DNA of 64,000 nucleotides from Amoebophrya sp. A120 (lineage: Eukaryota > Protista > Dinoflagellata): contig CAJINV010000011.1 in NCBI GenBank assembly GCA_905178155.1, positions 953,982-1,017,981 of the forward strand, in the 5' to 3' direction. Of the stretch, positions 58,801 through 64,000 are shown one piece after another; within the stretch, counting starts at the first letter, position 1; each line of letters begins with the position of its first letter. The notes beneath the pieces are model-generated. The model had not been told where the DNA came from and did not search any database. It worked only from the letters and a program-made list of their open reading frames with translations. The position numbers were made by a program, and so were the translations under genes.

Positions 58801-59580
58801 GAACAAGTACAAGATGATGTTCACTACAACCAGGATGCTGATGGTACAGCAACAGCAGCAGCGTCTACAACGGTGGTACGAGCACGACAAGTTCGAGGAC
58901 GAACGTCTGACCGTTTGCTCGCCAAGAAATCTGCTGCTGTACCGGTAAAGGCTTTTCCATCGAGTAGTAGGTCAGCTTTCTTGGCTCAACTGCATGGAGG
59001 TACTACAACCGCGCAAGAAAGAACAACTTCACCGAAGGGAAACGGAAAAGGTGGTGAAGTTGCAGGTGCATCGTCTACTTCTACGGGTAGTACAACTGTC
59101 ATGCCACAAGCTGCAGCTGGAGGTGAACAGGCGCCGGCCCCGGTCAACGTCGCTACCGCAGGTGAGGAGGTGCGCAGTGTGCCGCGACGAGAGCAGCAGC
59201 GGATGGATGAGGAGCAATTATCGCATGAGGAAGCTGAACGAAGGAGAAGGATCCGACAGAAGTTGGAGGCACAAAGAGAGATGAGACGAAGTAGATTGCA
59301 GAGGGACCAAGTAGAATCGACTTCTGTACGAGACAATTGGCTGGCGCTGTTGGACGGGAATATTTTGGTCGGCGGTACTGGTACTTCTACGGGAGGAGCC
59401 AGCGGACCGAGCGGTTTCGGTGCAGCTGGTGTAGTATCACCTGCAAGAGCGTCGACGTCGGTAGCAGCTCCGTCGGGTAGTTGTACTACTTCCTCGGCTG
59501 CAAGCGTAGGGAACAGACAGCCGGCCCCTGTCGTGAAAAAAGAGGAGCAAGGTGGTATTCAAGCAGAGGCTGGCGCGTAA
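55822..59580 (+). CDS. Secreted low-complexity protein of unknown function; exons 55822-56101, 56230-~56837, ~56947-59580
   Basis: Signal peptide (LTRLVLAASVLVRGTGA); GT-AG intron 56102-56229 (phase 1) and a phase-0 intron ending ...aactgaacag at 56946 join three ORFs. Confidence 0.7.
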
Positions 59581-60770
59581 AAGCCTTCGTGAGGAGCGAA
59601 CGGAGCACAGGAAAGGCTTTTCATGATCGTGTGTGCTGTTGATAGGGAAAGGAGCGTGGCCACCTTCGAAGAGGACAAATGAAGATCAGATTCATACCGC
59701 CCTGACTGAACAACACGAAAGAGTGAAATAGACAAATAATAGTTTTCCAACGAAAAAACAAGTCGATTCACAAAAAAAGATTGAATTACTCACGCATCTG
59801 TAGCTCATAAGCTTCACGCTCGAAAAAAGCATGAATGACTTTTTTTACGGCCATTGATAGATTGTTTTACAAGCAAAATCACAATAAAGACCAAAAAGAA
59901 AAAGCTGCATTTTTATCTGAGTTTGAAAATCCCTCGATCTGAAAGTGTGGAGGTTTATTTCGCATGTAGTACTCGTGTAAATCGTAAATGATAATTTTTT
60001 TAATTTTAGCATTCACAGCGCCTAGGTGTTCTAGCGACGTGGCTATTCACATTGCTATAGATGACACAATAGACGATCGCTGGCTATACAAGACACACAG
60101 CACGAGGATTTTTGCAAGAAACTTTTACGCCGCACATACTACTGAAAAATGAATGATGAGCATGGGCACCGGCGGAGTAGCAACAGCAAGAACCGCTTCT
60201 GTCTCAGAAATAATTGCTTTAATCTTTCTGGACTACTACGAAGCTATAGCTACCAGTGTTCGTCAAGAATTCTCTCTCCCCTGTTGTTCGGAGCGAGGTG
60301 TGAGGTAACCGGTAACTCGCGTGTCCAATTAAACTATGCCGTTTCTTTCTTTTCTTGAGTGAGCGTTAGTCTTGCTTGTGTGCAGCGTTGCTTTATTTGT
60401 TTTTCTGAGAGTGAGACCGTGACCGACGTTTTGAGATTAATCTACCAGGAGGAGGGGTGCAATTGTGGGGCTTGGAGTTGTGCTACTTTTCATGTTTCTT
60501 TTGTATCAGCTACAGCTTCAGGTTTTCTTTTGCTTCTGCAAACTTCTCCAAAAAATGTAGAGCTGATAGACAGCCGAGAGTCGTGCAGCCTCTCTGCCCT
60601 GTGTATGCAGCAGTAGCAGAAGGCGACAATGCTCTGAAGAGAGATCATCGATCTTCCAAGTTGCCGAGCGTGTAAGATAAAACGTTCCACGATTACTGCC
60701 GGAGACGGGGACTAAGTAATTTCTCAAGAACTACATCCGCGGCGAACAAAAACTCTCGCCGAAGGAGAAG

Positions 60771-62462
60771 ATGCCGTCGCCCACCAAGTCACCGGGCAAG
60801 GGGCAAAACGCGTCGCCCATCAGGTCACCGGCGAAAACCGGGCACGCACAGTCCGCAGCGACCATAGCCCTGACGACAAGCCCAAAGATTAACAACCAGG
60901 TAGACTTGGCCCACGCGTACCCAAGTCTCTACGGCGCACCGTCCTACGCATCCATCTTTTCCGAGCCGGTAGACTTCGAGCCAGGGCCAGGACAGTATGA
61001 CGTACCCGGGTCAATTGGGCAGCAGTATATTTGAATTCTTTGTTTTGGAGGTTTTGGAATTGTATTGAATCAGCTCCAATTTGTGCGTATTAAGTACTTA
61101 CTTTGATTGTCGCACATGTGAAGATGCGCGTTTTGCGCTTACTTTCTTGTGAAAAATCCTTCTCAGGGCACAGAGCAAGGACGAGACTTTTCCATCCGTA
61201 AGTATACTGGCAAAGCACGCGTCCTCATGGTCAAAAGTCTACATCTCGAAGCAGCACGCAATAAAAGCACGGGACACGCCAGGTAGGAAGATTGATTAGG
61301 AATTTATAATATGTTTGGTTGTAGGGCTTGATGCAGATGCAACGCTACTTCTCCATCTCCAGACAAGTAGACGAAGGAACGACTATGCCATGAATTTACT
61401 AAAAACCTAAGGTCCCGGTAGCTATCTGCCGCAAATTCAACCCAGCGAGTCATCCGTACGATTTGGAACCGCCGTGAGAAAAGAAATAAGCTATGCAACA
61501 CCCTCACCCGGCCCGGTCTATGATATCAGGAGGTCAGCCAGCGATAGCAACTTTGGAGCGGTACTACTATATACTTTCGAAGTAGTTCTTGCACAATCAC
61601 AAACTTGCAGTTTCCAATGAATGTTGTCGCTTTATCTCTTTGGTGGGTCGCATGGTGTTGGAGAATCATGATTTCAATTTGATAGAAGACGGCGGCATCG
61701 CATACTACTATCTCCAGAGTACAAACCAAATCTACATGACAGGGCAAATTTAACATGGACGATAGATGGCGAGGGCACACGGAATTCGGCGCCACAGGGC
61801 CCGGCCAATACAATCTAGAGGCGAGTTTTGATGGCACGAAGGGTCTTTCAAAAACCTTCGCGACCGGGCACCGGGCGTATGACAAGGTACTGACTTGCTT
61901 TTGCGCTGGTCATGTAGTAAGTGCACAACTCTTGATCGTGTCTGCTTCACCGTTTTCTTGGTGTTGTTTTGCGCGATGGAAAGAAGAGGGAACTTTGAAA
62001 CTCAAAAGGTCCGATTTCCCGGCTGTGACAGAGTAAATCTCGGGCGCACGAGTCCTGGCCCCGGTCAGTTCCGAAACTGGCAGCCATCAGCAAGGAGGTA
62101 GGGGCTATTAAGCGTTTTGTTCCTGGTGACAAAAAATGCACAAGTAGATACTGAGTTTGTTTTAAGTACTCGTTCCTTCGCTGCGGCAGCATGCCTGATG
62201 GTCGTGATCAGACACTAGAACTCCTCTTCCTTCATTTTTAACCAGGTGTGCCTTCCCCCGTTCCCTGCGTAAGCCGCTGTACGATTCGGGATCCGTGGAA
62301 GCCTCCGTCGGCCCGGGCAGTTACACCATCGATTCGGTCCTGCGAAAAACCAGCCACGGGTTCGGGAAACCCTCGGTGTCAGCAAGATTGAGTTGGAAAA
62401 AGAACTCGATCACGATGTCGAATTGGTGCCGACTCGGGATGGCGTACCGGGAAAGATCGTAG
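60771..62462 (+). CDS. SHIPPO-repeat (ODF3/STPG-like) microtubule-associated protein, multi-exon
   Basis: PGPG(Q/S)Y-type repeats in successive exons (EPGPGQYDVP, TGPGQYNL, SPGPGQF, VGPGSYTI); last exon ends at TAG 62460-62462. Confidence 0.75.
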
Positions 62463-63770
62463 GGATAATATACAGTTTTTCGCTTGGTAGCATTCGCAGC
62501 ATGACTTGACCCAAAATTAAACGACGTCAAAAACCAATAGATTAGTAGCCCACAAATTTTCATTTTGTCATTGCCAAACGAAACTTTGTCATTTCAGTTT
62601 ACTGCCAAATTAACGCAAATCACGAAGAACATCAGCATACTGTAAGATTTACTACTATAAGGTCAACAGAATAGAAACTTGCAGATTTTGATCAGAATAA
62701 ATCCGTCTGACAAGTTGTAGAGTTTAGACAGGAGTAGTTGTTTCAAATGCTAATGCACCTTGTAACTGTATCCGAAAATTGTCCGACAATGAACATTGTA
62801 ATATTTGTCGATTTAGACTGTATGATCACGACTCATTTCGTCCTCTAACGTACATCATCTTGAGAACCAAAAATTGCATGAAAGGAAGAGACACATCATA
62901 TGCATGATGAAATTAAGACAGAAACAAAAAACTTGTATCCACCTGGTCATCGTCATGGCGACAAGAAATTGAAATAAGTAAGTCTACAAAGGAAACGCAC
63001 GTGCTGGTGCAGCTCCGTCGCTCGTCTCATCGTTGTCTCGTGTGTTGGTTAGTTTGGTTTTTTGTTGAAGGCGAAGATCATTCTGATCCTACTGCTGCTT
63101 TCTTTCGAGGAGGTTCGTAGTTTTGCATCGGTCCATTTCCCACTTCCTTGCTTCGTTTGCTTTTCGTGTGGAAGTTTTTTTTAGCTCAATTAAGTTTATC
63201 ACAAGCAGGATCAGACGCTCTCGTTCAACGATCCTCACGTTTAAACGGTTCCGGTTCCCATGTGCCAATGACAATCACTTACATGATGATGATCTCAGCT
63301 TCTCGAAAAATAAGACGCTGTACAACTCGTAATACTAATATTGATTCGTGATCGTGACTACAGGTGAGGTCGTGTCTGTTTCTTCGTATGCTTTTCGTGA
63401 CGAGAGGTTTTTTCTTCTGATCAATCTTTCTTGGAACGAGGTTGCTATTGTTTCATTTTGCTCAGCCATGAATTTCCGTTTGGTTTCGTTTGTGTAACAA
63501 ACAAAAAGACTCCCATGTCATCACTAGAAGAATTGTTTCAGCTGCTCCCGTCGTTTCGCCGAAAAGCAAAGAGGAGCGACAGCATCTACTTCCCGCCAGG
63601 AAGCGGAACGAGCAGGGCCGTTTTTGCTTCAAGCCGTGGAAGAAGCAGGACTAGCCACGTTTGAGTTTGTCAACTATACTAGGTGCCGTCCTGGTTGCCC
63701 GTTCTCAGCTTCCAGAAGAGGTTCTACGATCCATTTGGACAACCTGTAGTTCTATCGTCGAACCAACACC

Positions 63771-64000
63771 ATGGCGCGCGGCGGAGGTGGCAACAACAAC
63801 CGTGGTTCCGGCGGCTCGGACCAGACGCATGCGCCGCCGGATATGAAGAGCTTCCAGAATACCGCCATGGACCTGTTTCAACAACCCACTGGATTGGGCA
63901 GGACCGGGTCCCGCAAAGGCTCGAAGGAGAGCAAGCAGGCGGCGCGGAAGAAGCTGCAGGGCTTGCACGCAGCCCGGACGAACTACAAAAACCCGCAGAA
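63771..64000 (+). CDS. 5' end of an unknown gene, running off the window
   Basis: ATG 63771 opens MARGGGGNNNRGSGGSDQTHAPPDMKSFQNTAMDLFQQP... with no stop before the window end. Confidence 0.55.
   Translation, partial: MARGGGGNNNRGSGGSDQTHAPPDMKSFQNTAMDLFQQPTGLGRTGSRKGSKESKQAARKKLQGLHAARTNYKNPQ

Noticed and set aside
1-64000. rRNA, tRNA genes or an autonomous transposase for the introners
   Set aside because: None recognisable by eye in this window.

Overview
Eukaryotic DNA, most likely from a parasitic syndinean dinoflagellate (Amoebophrya-like). This is inferred from all genes lying on one strand, the alveolate-type secreted proteins, and about 19 non-canonical inverted-repeat introns (introners). 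These introners are bounded by TATC...GATA-type TIRs with 5-bp target duplications. All host genes are on the + strand: a partial Ig/ASH-like gene (1-13152), a claudin-like membrane protein, a ~1900-aa Cys-rich secreted protein, a PAN/Apple type-I membrane protein, a mucin-like type-I membrane protein split into many tiny exons, a ~2030-aa myosin-IQ-Ras-like-WD40 fusion, a low-complexity secreted protein, a SHIPPO-repeat protein and a partial final gene. The main mobile-DNA signals are nested. (1) An 11.3-kb APE-RT-RNaseH non-LTR retrotransposon (543-11853) has a perfect 18-bp TSD and sits inside a 279-bp introner. An empty ~90%-identical copy of that introner (42381-42659) lies in the opposite orientation in another gene. 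It confirms the target site and implies orientation-independent splicing. (2) A ~6.1-kb non-coding compound array sits inside another introner, built from six copies of a 65-bp module separating two different cassettes, with a 2431-bp period. (3) A 1.1-kb minisatellite element is flanked by a 76-bp duplication of a myosin intron/exon junction. Exon structures were derived by hand from frame continuity and need RNA-seq confirmation.
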